A stretch of DNA of 63,286 nucleotides, filler included. It is 7 parts of 7 records of this genome, joined end to end, with 100 filler letters (N's around TTAATTAATTAA, not from the genome) between each part and the next. Parts side by side here need not be neighbours in the genome. Positions count along the whole stretch, not along the records: positions 33,243 to 48,612 come from SRR31156797_28205; positions 48,713 to 56,835 come from SRR31156797_28241; 5 more parts are not named here. The stretch is one strand, 5' to 3'. A program made the position numbers and the translations under genes. Positions 38,854 through 48,744 of this stretch are shown one piece after another. The first letter of the stretch is position 1. Each line of letters begins with the position of its first letter. The notes below the pieces were generated by a model. The model was not told the DNA's origin and did no database searches. It saw only the letters and a list, made by a program, of their open reading frames with translations.

Positions 38854-39108
38854 TATAGTTGATTTGATATCATAAAATGTACTGTTTATACCTATTATAG
38901 GCCGGTTCATTAAGATATAAAGAGGTTTAGCTACTTATTATTTTTTTAATTAAGATAGTTAGACTATTTTCGCAGCGGAAAAATTTAACGCATATTCAGA
39001 AAGACATCTGATAATAAAAGCCTGTAAATGAGCAGCAACATAGATATTGAAGAGACGATAAAGGCTGAAACAAAGTCAAATCAGAGAGAGAAAAGTAAAT
39101 CAGAATAC

Positions 39109-39900
39109 ATGAAACAACCATTAGCATATATTCATCCGGAAGCTAAAATAGCCCCGAATGTTGTAATTGAACCTTTTGTTACCATCGATAAAAATGTAGT
39201 TATTGAAGAAGGTACAACCATTGGTTCAAATGTTACCATCCTTGAAGGAGCACGTATTGGTAAAAATTGTAAAATATTTCCAGGAGCTGTTATTTCAGCT
39301 ATTCCTCAGGATTTAAAATTTGCGGGTGAAGATTCTTTAGCCATCATTGGTGATAATACAACTATTAGAGAATGTGTTACCGTAAACAGAGGAACTGCTG
39401 CAAAAGGTAAAACAGTAGTCGGAAACAACTGTTTACTGATGGCTTATGTACATATTGCTCATGATACCATTGTGGGTAATAATGTAATCATTGGTAATTC
39501 AACACAACTTGCGGGTGAAGTTATCATTGATGATTTTGCTATTTTAAGCGCTCTGTGTGCTGTGCATCAGTTTGTTCACCTAGGTTCGCACGTTATGATT
39601 CAAGGAGGAGCCTTATTAACGAAAGATGTTCCGCCATTTATTAAAGTTAGAAATGTGTCTACTTCATTTAGTGGAATTAACTCCATTGGTTTAAGACGCA
39701 GAAACTACACCAACGAACAAATTACAGGGATTCAGGATATTTATAGAGTGCTTTACCAAAGTGGCTTAAATAACTCTGATGCCATCGATAAAATAGAAGC
39801 TGAATTACCTGCTTCGAAAGAGCGTGATGAAATTGTTTTATTCATCAAGAACTCTCAACGAGGAATTGTAAAAGGTTATTCATCCTCATCTGATCGATAG
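39109..39900 (+). CDS. lpxA: Acyl-ACP--UDP-N-acetylglucosamine O-acyltransferase
   Basis: MKQPLAYIHPEAKI, PQDLKF, IRECVTVNRGT, HIAHD, VHQF; an upstream in-frame ATG at 39028 is also possible. Confidence 0.95.
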   Translation: MKQPLAYIHPEAKIAPNVVIEPFVTIDKNVVIEEGTTIGSNVTILEGARIGKNCKIFPGAVISAIPQDLKFAGEDSLAIIGDNTTIRECVTVNRGTAAKGKTVVGNNCLLMAYVHIAHDTIVGNNVIIGNSTQLAGEVIIDDFAILSALCAVHQFVHLGSHVMIQGGALLTKDVPPFIKVRNVSTSFSGINSIGLRRRNYTNEQITGIQDIYRVLYQSGLNNSDAIDKIEAELPASKERDEIVLFIKNSQRGIVKGYSSSSDR

Positions 39901-39926
39901 ATATTACAAGACTTTTAAAATATTCG

Positions 39927-39959
39927 AAGCCGGAAAATTAATTTTTTTCGGCTTTTTTT
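39927..39959 (+). terminator. Rho-independent terminator after lpxA
   Basis: AAGCCGGAAAA..TTTTTCGGCTTTTTTT. Confidence 0.75.
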
Positions 39960-40021
39960 ATGGAATCATACAAACAAAGGCATCCTTCATACAGAATACA
40001 AACTTTTAAAAATATTTTGTC

Positions 40022-41926
40022 ATGAAAACCTTGTTAATCACCTTTAGTTTATGCTGCTTATTTTTAGGCACGCAAGCTACCAAACTTATAACCGGAACTG
40101 TTTATGATAATACAAATCAACCATTAATTGGGGCATGTATTACGGAGAAAGGTCGAACAAACGGAACTATTTCCGATGTTAATGGGAATTTCTCGATTAC
40201 AGTAAAAGATGAAAATGCTATACTGGTAATTACATTTATTGGTTATAAAGCCGAAGAAATTAATGTAAAAGGTAAGTCCGATGTTAAGATTGTACTTCAG
40301 GCAGAAACATTAGCATTAGAAGAAGTAGCAGTAACAGATCACCTTCAAGGAAGAGTGGTAGGAGTTCAAAAAAAAATAGCTAGAAAAGAAAAGAGAGCTC
40401 TGATCAGAGGTTGCGTCACGCTATCTAGTCCGCAAGCTTATTACTGCCCTCCCTCACCAATCATCCAAAACAATGAACATTATGCCAATATCAATGAAAA
40501 TAAGTTTTTAAGTCCTCAACAAGAACCACTTTCTACTTTCTCGGTGGATGTAGACCGTGCTTCTTATGCCAATATCCGTCGTTTTTTAAACCAGGGTACG
40601 CTTCCTCCTTCAGATGCGGTTCGAATTGAGGAAATGATCAACTATTTTAACTACGAATATGCAGAACCTGAAGATGAACACCCTTTTGCTATCCATCATG
40701 AAGTGGCCACTTGCCCTTGGAATAAGACACATTATTTAATGAAAGTTGCCCTTCAGGGAAAGAGAATTGAAAAAGATAACCTACCTCCATCTAACCTGGT
40801 TTTCTTATTGGATGTTTCCGGCTCTATGAATAATACTAATAAACTGCCTTTATTAAAGTCAGCCTTAAAAATGCTGGTCAACGAATTGAGAGAGGAAGAC
40901 AGAGTATCTATCGTAGTATATGCAGGAGCAGCAGGCGTTGTATTAGAACCCACATCCGGTAAAAACAAAAGCAAAATAGTGGCAGCTTTGGATAACCTTT
41001 CGGCAGGAGGTTCAACGGCTGGTGGTGCCGGACTAAAACTAGCCTACCAATTGGCTGAAGAAAACTTAATGAAAGAAGGAAACAACCGTATTATTCTGGC
41101 CACCGATGGCGATTTTAATGTTGGAGTAAGCAGTAATGATGAAATGGAAAAATTGATTACTGCTAAACGAGATAAAGGGATTTTTATAACAGTTGCCGGT
41201 TTTGGAATGGGTAATTATAAGGATAGCAAAATGGAAATTATTGCAGATAAAGGAAACGGCAATTACTTTTATATTGATAATATTCAGGAGGCCAGAAAAG
41301 CCATGGTGGAAGAATTTGGTGGAACATTATACACCATTGCCAAGGATGTTAAATTTCAATTGGAGTTTAATCCAATGCATGTGGCCGGTTATAGACTGAT
41401 TGGTTATGAAAATCGTTTGCTGGCTAATGAGGATTTTAATAATGATACCAAAGATGCCGGTGAAATTGGAGCAGGACACACGGTAACTGCATTATATGAA
41501 ATCATACCTGTTGGTGCAGAAGATAAGAGTAATTACCTCCCCGGAGTTGACCCTTTAAAATATCAAAGTAATCAGAAGCAAGAGCAGAAACCATCTGTTA
41601 ATAAAATATTCTCAGATGAATTACTGACACTCAAACTACGTTATAAAAAACCGGATTCATCCAAAAGTACTTTGCTGGTACAAGTAGTAAAAAATAAAGT
41701 AAGCCACTATAAAAATGCATCTAACGACTTTAAATTTGCCGCTTCAGTTGCCGCATGGGGAATGAAGTTAAGACAATCTCCATTTATTAATACTGTAAAT
41801 TATAATTCTATTATTCAATGGGCTAAAGATTCTAAAGATAGAGACGATGAAGGTTATAGAGCTGAAATGATTCGCTTAATGGAATCGGCCAAAGTACTGG
41901 ATAATTCTTTGACTTTAATGGAGTAG
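40022..41926 (+). CDS. Exported vWA-domain protein (YfbK-like) with N-terminal carboxypeptidase-regulatory-like domain
   Basis: Signal peptide; GTISDVNGNF; STFSVDVDRASY; MIDAS DVSGS; ATDGDFNVG; YRLIGYENR. Confidence 0.9.
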   Translation: MKTLLITFSLCCLFLGTQATKLITGTVYDNTNQPLIGACITEKGRTNGTISDVNGNFSITVKDENAILVITFIGYKAEEINVKGKSDVKIVLQAETLALEEVAVTDHLQGRVVGVQKKIARKEKRALIRGCVTLSSPQAYYCPPSPIIQNNEHYANINENKFLSPQQEPLSTFSVDVDRASYANIRRFLNQGTLPPSDAVRIEEMINYFNYEYAEPEDEHPFAIHHEVATCPWNKTHYLMKVALQGKRIEKDNLPPSNLVFLLDVSGSMNNTNKLPLLKSALKMLVNELREEDRVSIVVYAGAAGVVLEPTSGKNKSKIVAALDNLSAGGSTAGGAGLKLAYQLAEENLMKEGNNRIILATDGDFNVGVSSNDEMEKLITAKRDKGIFITVAGFGMGNYKDSKMEIIADKGNGNYFYIDNIQEARKAMVEEFGGTLYTIAKDVKFQLEFNPMHVAGYRLIGYENRLLANEDFNNDTKDAGEIGAGHTVTALYEIIPVGAEDKSNYLPGVDPLKYQSNQKQEQKPSVNKIFSDELLTLKLRYKKPDSSKSTLLVQVVKNKVSHYKNASNDFKFAASVAAWGMKLRQSPFINTVNYNSIIQWAKDSKDRDDEGYRAEMIRLMESAKVLDNSLTLME

Positions 41927-41976
41927 ACCTAAATTGGCCCTTCATATTTTATGAAGTCAGCATTATATAAAAAAGA

Positions 41977-42011
41977 AAACCTTTCTCGAAATGATGTTTC
42001 GAGAAAGGTTT
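41977..42011. terminator. Probable bidirectional terminator between convergent genes
   Basis: AAACCTTTCTCGAAA-TGATG-TTTCGAGAAAGGTTT, perfect 15-bp stem. Confidence 0.7.
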
Positions 42012-42120
42012 AAGTGGTATTAGTAATTGCATCTTAAAACGATGCTATACGGAAAACAACTAGTCCCACCTTATTCATGTTAAACCCTTATGATATATAA
42101 ACTTTAATCAATTCATCCTT

Positions 42121-44790
42121 TTATCGTATCACGATTTTCGCATATTGCTTAGTTCCATTTGTAATGATCAGTACAGTATACAAACCAGCTCCGCCTATTT
42201 GCGATTTTTCGATCAACATCTCATTCTGCAGGGTGTTTTCGTACACCACTTCCCCCACCAGGTTATAAATGGTGACCAATGCATCCTCGCCGGCACTTGT
42301 TTCAATATGCAATTGATCGGTAACCGGGTTCGGATAGCACTGGAAAGTTGTATTCGCATCTACCTGAGCTATACCTACAGAATTTTCGTGTGTATATACC
42401 GACCACTCCAGTATACCTTGTGCTTTTTCGTATCCAATAAAATTTAAACGTATTTTATCAGTGGTAACCGGTTCAAATATCTTGGTGTTATACATGTCAA
42501 AGGCAATGCAATTATCTGCCTTAGCACAATCGGTTCCCGGAATTTTAACAAAGGCATTTGTATTTTCATCCCAGTATTCCAGATAGTAATTATCCGGCAG
42601 TGTAATACCGGCATTATCATCCCACCAGTACACATCGCTCGACCCAATCATATAGCTTTGATGAAAATCGTACTGCACCCAGTTCCAAACACCTACTGAT
42701 CCGCCATTATTCCAGTTTCCGAAAGCTCCAGCCCCTTTATCAGCGGAACTGATCGGATCGTACAAATCGTAAATACTATTCAGGTTCTCCCAGGAGGAAA
42801 CGTGGTTTGTACTGGCAAAATCACCAAGATCTTCATTAATTATAATTAAGGAATCCGGAATTACTTTGGGTTCTCGGGCTGACAACCAAACCTGCATCTC
42901 CGAACCTCCCCTGTTCGCCCATAAGAAATAAGGAATGAGCGTCATCTGTTTGGCAGCATTCTGTGTTGTTTTAATGGTTTGTGCATGGATTGTATAGATG
43001 GAAGAAAATAAACTTTCATCCAGCTGACTGGTCAATTTCTGCTCTTTTGGATAAATCTGCGTTAACACTTCTCCTCCATTATCCACTCCTTCGGCACAAT
43101 ACACCAAAGGACCACGTTGAATAGCAATTCTATCCACATCTTCCGTGATGTTTTCATTGGCTTTAAGCGTACGTGGCGTCATTTCCAATTGGAGACTTAC
43201 AACATCTCCCGGAGACCAGGTTCTTCTTATAATGGCATAACCTTTTTCGACGGTATAACTTTGTTCCTGTCCATTCAGTAACAAATGTACTTCAGGTGTT
43301 TTACTATCTGAGAACGTGTAAATATCGGTTGGTACAGGTTCGTTTTGTGCCCATCCTGGTACTCTGACAAAGAGGGCGAATTCCTGATTAGCTTTAGGAT
43401 TTAATGTAATATCAATATTTCCGTTCCATGGGTAGTCCGTTTCCTGACTTATTTCTATGGAGTCATTATCAAACGCTATATGTGCATTGTTTTTCATAAA
43501 AAGATTGACATATAGCGAATCGGAAGTACTGGCATATACATATCCGGGTACCGAAGGTATCAATCGGGTTACATTAGGGGGACAACAAGCACATCCAAAC
43601 CATACACTTCGTTGTTCACTACCTGTGGATAAAAGACGGTTCGGATAGAAAAAACGATCGCCGGATACTGAAACGCCTGATATCAAGGCATTGTATAAAG
43701 TACGTTCCAGAACATCGATATATTTGGCATCACCATGAAGTAAAAATAAACGCTGATTCAGATAAACATTACCTATAGAAGCACAAGTTTCGCAATACGC
43801 ACTGCTGTTGGGTAAATTGTATGCTCCGTTAAAACCTTCGTTTCCTCCGGATGCACCAATTCCTCCGGTAACATAAAGTTTGGTGCTTACAATATCGTCC
43901 CAAATATGATCAATGGCGTTGATATAACTATGGTCTCTGGTTAAGGCAGCAACATCGGCCATACCGGCATACATATAAACGGCTCTAACCGCGTGACCCA
44001 CCGCTTCACTTTGATCAATCACTTTGGCATGTGCCTGACAATATTCTTCACCATTTGGCCCACGTACATCCAAAAAGAATTTAGCTAAATCAAGGTATCT
44101 GATATCACCTGTTGCCCGATACAAACGTGCCAATCCTGTTTCTACTATCTGATGCCCCGGATATCTTTGTAGTTGACCTATATTCCAGCCAAAATCATCC
44201 ACAATTAAATCGGCTGCTTTTTTAGCAATATTTAAAAGATTCTCTTTACCGGTTGACTCATAATAGGCCACAGACGCTTCGAACAGATGCCCCAGGTTAT
44301 ATAATTCGTGACTTAAATCTTCCACATATTGCCATCGGGTTCCAATCCAGCTGTGGGAATTATCACCCTGAATACTTCGGATAGTATATAAATAGCCATC
44401 CTCCTCCTGCGCCATACCAATGATGGTAATTACAGAATCAATATATTCTTCCAGCTCTTCATCAGGAAAATATTTTAAAGAGTAGGCTGAACCTTCGATA
44501 AGTTTATAAATATCTGAATCATCAAAGGGGTATTCACTCTGGAAGCTGGAACCAGCCACTACACCTGCAGCAATTTTAAAGTTCTCCAGCCTATTAACCG
44601 ATTGTGTAAACCCATGCGGAATGGTCACATCGTGGTTTGTTTGAATTTTAGGAGCCCAAAATTCATCATTTACTTCCACTGAAGTAAAAGGTATTGGTTT
44701 TATAGGGTAGTAAGATTGACCTTGTAGATTAAAATGTAGAGCAACTATAAAGAGTATGCTGTAAATACATTTAGTAGTTAAAAATTTCAT
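42121..44790 (-). CDS. GH127 (beta-L-arabinofuranosidase-like) glycoside hydrolase with a C-terminal T9SS sorting domain
   Basis: Signal peptide; FDDSDIYK, HELYNLGH, GHAVRA, YCETCASIG, CACCPPN; C-terminal YPNP..IYNLVG..GLYTV..KIVIR. Confidence 0.88.
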   Translation of the reverse strand: MKFLTTKCIYSILFIVALHFNLQGQSYYPIKPIPFTSVEVNDEFWAPKIQTNHDVTIPHGFTQSVNRLENFKIAAGVVAGSSFQSEYPFDDSDIYKLIEGSAYSLKYFPDEELEEYIDSVITIIGMAQEEDGYLYTIRSIQGDNSHSWIGTRWQYVEDLSHELYNLGHLFEASVAYYESTGKENLLNIAKKAADLIVDDFGWNIGQLQRYPGHQIVETGLARLYRATGDIRYLDLAKFFLDVRGPNGEEYCQAHAKVIDQSEAVGHAVRAVYMYAGMADVAALTRDHSYINAIDHIWDDIVSTKLYVTGGIGASGGNEGFNGAYNLPNSSAYCETCASIGNVYLNQRLFLLHGDAKYIDVLERTLYNALISGVSVSGDRFFYPNRLLSTGSEQRSVWFGCACCPPNVTRLIPSVPGYVYASTSDSLYVNLFMKNNAHIAFDNDSIEISQETDYPWNGNIDITLNPKANQEFALFVRVPGWAQNEPVPTDIYTFSDSKTPEVHLLLNGQEQSYTVEKGYAIIRRTWSPGDVVSLQLEMTPRTLKANENITEDVDRIAIQRGPLVYCAEGVDNGGEVLTQIYPKEQKLTSQLDESLFSSIYTIHAQTIKTTQNAAKQMTLIPYFLWANRGGSEMQVWLSAREPKVIPDSLIIINEDLGDFASTNHVSSWENLNSIYDLYDPISSADKGAGAFGNWNNGGSVGVWNWVQYDFHQSYMIGSSDVYWWDDNAGITLPDNYYLEYWDENTNAFVKIPGTDCAKADNCIAFDMYNTKIFEPVTTDKIRLNFIGYEKAQGILEWSVYTHENSVGIAQVDANTTFQCYPNPVTDQLHIETSAGEDALVTIYNLVGEVVYENTLQNEMLIEKSQIGGAGLYTVLIITNGTKQYAKIVIR

Positions 44791-45404
44791 GGTTATGTAT
44801 TTTAGGATAAACTGACACCACGAACCTAGTCTAAATGTGCACTTTCCATTGTCACATATGTTGAATTAATACAACTATATGGTTTATTATTCATAAAACG
44901 ATGGATTTAATAATTTATGTGCGATGTTGAGTATAAATAAAACATAGCACAACTCACATTTTCATCAAAAACACCTCATATTGAGCACTAATCCCTCTAT
45001 AAAAATCCAAACCCAAACCACTTTAAAACACTACATATGTGACACTTAAACTTTGTCACACTTTTGTCACGCCTAAAAATTCGACTTTTTGAACCTTTTT
45101 GTTTTACTTTATTATGCTTTAGGAAAACTAATACTTAACACTAACATTATTAACCCAATTAATTAAACCTTAAACAATGAATTTACTTCCTTTTTTTCCT
45201 AATGGAATCTCCTGTAAAATCATTCATACTTACTATAGAAACAGCTTTTTAGAACTCGAATATTTTGAAGTAGAGTAGAAATATTCACGGGGCTAAAAAA
45301 GACACTTTGCCTCGTTGCCGAAGAAGGTGTCCTTATGAACTATTTTTAATAATCAGATAAAATTGCACAGATATTATTTATCCCAAATCTAAAAAACAGA
45401 CCTT

Positions 45405-46163
45405 ATGACACAGCTAAAAAACCTGATCATTATCGCAATACTTATCGCCTTATTCGCCTGCACCGAGAAAAAAAACAATATCATTGGTGGCGATACCTTT
45501 TATGCCTTCGAAAATCAGCCCAGCAGCTTTACCTTATTAAAAAACCAATACAGGGTTGATGTTGGTGAACAGACCGGAGAAAGTAAGTTCGACGGCACTT
45601 ATGTAATTTATGATGCCACAGAGGATGCTGTACCATTCTCAGATCTTATTCTACATATGGAAACATCCGGTTTTTCGATGGAGATGACGCTTGACCCTGA
45701 CTTTACCCTGGAAGATTATATAGGCGAAGCGGATACCGAGATGGAAAAACAACTCGACACCTATTATAATAAACTAAAATCAGGCTCTTTGAAATCCTCT
45801 ACCCTACCTGCCACTAACCTGGTAACCATTCAGTACCGTACCGAAGAATTAACAGCCTTTAAAATATCCAGCGATCAAGCTCTATTTGGCATTCAAGCCG
45901 GAGAGTCTTTAAACGATTATATCGAATTATTTAACGGCAGCTTGATGTTCGACTACTCTAAACAACTTATTGGTCCAATAGATGCAGGAACTTCCGTGGC
46001 CAATTGGATGAGTTATCGTCCATTGATAGGTGCAGAAATGCAATTCCGCTTTAAGCAGTCTCCTGATGAATTACCCTTATCCGCCAGGTTTATGATAGAA
46101 ATGGAACTGGATAATCAGCAAGTGTTAAGAGATACCAGCGATATTGTTGAGCTATTTTTTTAG
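45405..46163 (+). CDS. Hypothetical lipoprotein
   Basis: Lipobox LFAC after a hydrophobic stretch; 252 aa; no family recognised. Confidence 0.75.
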   Translation: MTQLKNLIIIAILIALFACTEKKNNIIGGDTFYAFENQPSSFTLLKNQYRVDVGEQTGESKFDGTYVIYDATEDAVPFSDLILHMETSGFSMEMTLDPDFTLEDYIGEADTEMEKQLDTYYNKLKSGSLKSSTLPATNLVTIQYRTEELTAFKISSDQALFGIQAGESLNDYIELFNGSLMFDYSKQLIGPIDAGTSVANWMSYRPLIGAEMQFRFKQSPDELPLSARFMIEMELDNQQVLRDTSDIVELFF

Positions 46164-46287
46164 ATAAGAGATAAGAGACTTTATACTTTATACTTTCGTC
46201 TTTATACTAATAGTAATTCGCCCCTGCCTCCCCAGGCCTTCTCATTAAAATCATTTATTAACCGCCCATTGGGCTAAAATCTCAATT

Positions 46288-47001
46288 ATGAGCAAAAGAA
46301 AAATTGACGTTTGGCTGTACGACAGTCATTTAACAGAAGACCCTAACGATAGTTTTGGTCGTGTTCGATCGGCAGGAACCATTACTAACAAAGAAATTGC
46401 CGAACTCATTAAAAAAGAAGGCACCGAATACCAACTCGAGGCCATTATTGAAATTCTGAATCGTTCTGATCGTATTTGTCGCGAAGCTCTCAGCGAAGGC
46501 TATGCTATTAACACTGACTTTGTAAACGCCCGCCTGGGGATTACCGGTACTTTTACCGAAGAAAAATTTAATCCTTCCGAACACAGCGTAAGCGTCCATA
46601 TGCAACCTACCTCGCTGGTACGTAACGAGATTAAAACCGTGCCTGTGCAAATTATGGGTAAGGCCAATACCGGTCCGGTTATTTCGCGTGTAACAGATAG
46701 CTTTACCGGTGAAGTAAATGCTACCATTACGCCAAATAATGCCCTTACCGTAAGTGGTGATAAAATTCAGGTAGCCGGCGATCACGAAAGCGTAGGCGTG
46801 TTTTTTATTAGCCTGGCTGATGGCAGTCGCACCAAGGTAAGCCAAATCATCAGCAACAAAAACAAAGAGCTGATTCTGATGATACCTGCCCTTGCCTCTG
46901 GCGACTACGAACTGGAATTGGTAACGCAGCATAATAGTTCGAGAGATCTTTTAAGAGATCCAAGATCTGAAAAACTGGATTCGATTCTTACAGTTCTTTA
47001 A
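46288..47001 (+). CDS. HU-like DNA-binding domain protein with C-terminal Ig-like DUF4469 domain
   Basis: VWLYDSHLTEDPND N-terminus; LTVSGDKIQVAG..VGVFF..ELILMIPAL..YELELVTQ C-terminus, typical of this Bacteroidota family. Confidence 0.8.
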   Translation: MSKRKIDVWLYDSHLTEDPNDSFGRVRSAGTITNKEIAELIKKEGTEYQLEAIIEILNRSDRICREALSEGYAINTDFVNARLGITGTFTEEKFNPSEHSVSVHMQPTSLVRNEIKTVPVQIMGKANTGPVISRVTDSFTGEVNATITPNNALTVSGDKIQVAGDHESVGVFFISLADGSRTKVSQIISNKNKELILMIPALASGDYELELVTQHNSSRDLLRDPRSEKLDSILTVL

Positions 47002-47015
47002 TTTTTTTTAATTGA

Positions 47016-47046
47016 CAATCTTCCTGATTTATCTTCGGGAAGATTG
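47016..47046. terminator. Hairpin directly after the DUF4469 gene
   Basis: CAATCTTCCTGA-TTTATCT-TCGGGAAGATTG, 12-bp stem with one G-U pair; no U-tract on the plus strand. Confidence 0.5.
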
Positions 47047-47194
47047 CTCCATAGTAAGGGGGAAAAATTTCCTATAGTAAATGGGAAGAATCTCCCATAG
47101 TAAGGAAAAAAATCTCCCATAGTAAATAGGAATTTTGTCCCATAGTAAGGGGACTAATCTCCCATAGTAAATGGGAAATATTTCCCGTAGTAAA
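47047..47194. repeat. Tandem array of seven 22-23-bp palindromic units (core CCCATAGTAA)
   Basis: Invariant TAGTAA at 47052, 47075, 47098, 47120, 47143, 47165 and 47188, flanked by TCCC and GGGA-like arms. Confidence 0.9.
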
Positions 47195-47387
47195 AACAAC
47201 CTCTTTATAAAAGAAAATAAGCATAGCTCCCTTTGCTAAAGTGATACGGAAATGCATATTTTTTATCATAAAAATATACAATAGGTAAGTTTATTATGTA
47301 TATTCGCTTGCATATATTGTAGCGATAAATGTCATAGTGTATATTGTGATGTTAACTGCATTCTAAAAAAAATAACATATCTGAACT

Positions 47388-48612
47388 ATGAAAAAAATCA
47401 GCCTTCATACCTTTAAATATACACTTAGAGATATTCACACAAACACTGAAAATAGAAAGTTCTGTTTTGTTATGGGTGCAGGTGCTAGTTACAAAAGTGG
47501 CATACCCACAGGCGGACAATTAGCCCATAAATGGTTTGATGAAATAAATGACAGATATCCTGCCGAAGAATTGAAGCAATGGATAAAGGATGTAAAAATA
47601 AATAAAAAAGACCTCGCAGCCCATTATGGTTCCATTTATCGAAAACGGTTTGAAAATGATAAAACTTCTGGGTATGAATTTTTAGTTCAAGCCATGCGTA
47701 CAGCAAATCCTACCTTTGGTCATATTGTACTTGCTCAAGTATTAACTAAAGCACCAGGGAATTGCGTTCTTACAACAAACTTTGACAGCTTAATTGAATC
47801 TGCAATTTATCAATATACAGATAAAACACCTCTGGTTTGTGGCCATGAATCCTTAAGTGGTTACGCCAGGCCATCGAAAATTCACCCATTAATTGTTAAA
47901 ATTCATCGTGACCTTTTGTTATCACCCAAGAGTGATCCCGATGAAATAAATGAACTTGACGAAGGATGGAAAGAACCTTTGGATAATATATTCAGTAGCC
48001 ATATACCCATTGTAATTGGCTATGGTGGCAATGATGGCAGTCTGATGGCATATTTTGAAAAAATGAATAAACCAAGTAATTTTTTTGGTGTGGACATAAA
48101 GGCACTCCACCTTCGAAGCGAATTGAAAAACTAGTACAGCAGATGGACGGAAGCTATGTTGAAATTGATGGATTTGACGAAATGATGCAGGAATTATTAT
48201 GGGTATTTGATAAAATAAAACCAATAAAAGAAGAGTTAGATGGTATAACAAAGAGCAGAATAGAGGCTATGAACACACAATTGAATGAGATTAACATTCA
48301 AGCTGAAAAGGTTGATTCTAATAAAACTGAAAGTAAGAAAGAGCTTTCTGCATACGAATATTACACTATGGCAGAAAAGGAACCTGATTTTGAAAAACGA
48401 AAAAGCATATATATCGAAGCCTTAGACAAATTCCCTAAAACTTCATGGCTTTTAGGTTCCTTTGCCTATTTTTTGCATTTTATTAAAAAAGACTATTCTA
48501 ATTTAGAGGAATATTATCTCAAAGCCATATCTACTGAACCTGAACATGCAGCCTTAAATGGAAATTATGCCACCTTTTTGACGGACATAAAAAAGGATTA
48601 TGAGAATGCTGA
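47388..48612 (+). pseudogene. SIR2-like domain + TPR protein interrupted by a frameshift at a T7 run (48080-48086); 3' partial
   Basis: ORF 47388-48134 has GAGAS, TTNFD, KIH and IGYGGND. Adding one T gives NFFWCGHKGTPPSKRIEKLVQQ-MDGSYVEIDGFDE, joining the TPR ORF that starts at 48143. Could be a sequencing error or slippage rather than a true pseudogene. Confidence 0.75.
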
Positions 48613-48712
48613 NNNNNNNNNNNNNNNNNNNNNNNNNNNNNNNNNNNNNNNNNNNNTTAATTAATTAANNNNNNNNNNNNNNNNNNNNNNNNNNNNNNNN
48701 NNNNNNNNNNNN
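48613..48712. other. Artificial contig linker
   Basis: N-run with TTAATTAATTAA. Confidence 0.97.
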
Positions 48713-48744
48713 AATGTGCCAAGATTTATAACATTCATTATACT

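Noticed and set aside
47047-47194. CRISPR array
   Set aside because: The period is only 22-23 nt, the linkers are short and mutually similar, and no cas genes are present.
47072-47281. 69-aa minus-strand ORF with repeated LLWE/LTMG
   Set aside because: It is just the translation of the DNA repeat array and has no independent coding evidence.
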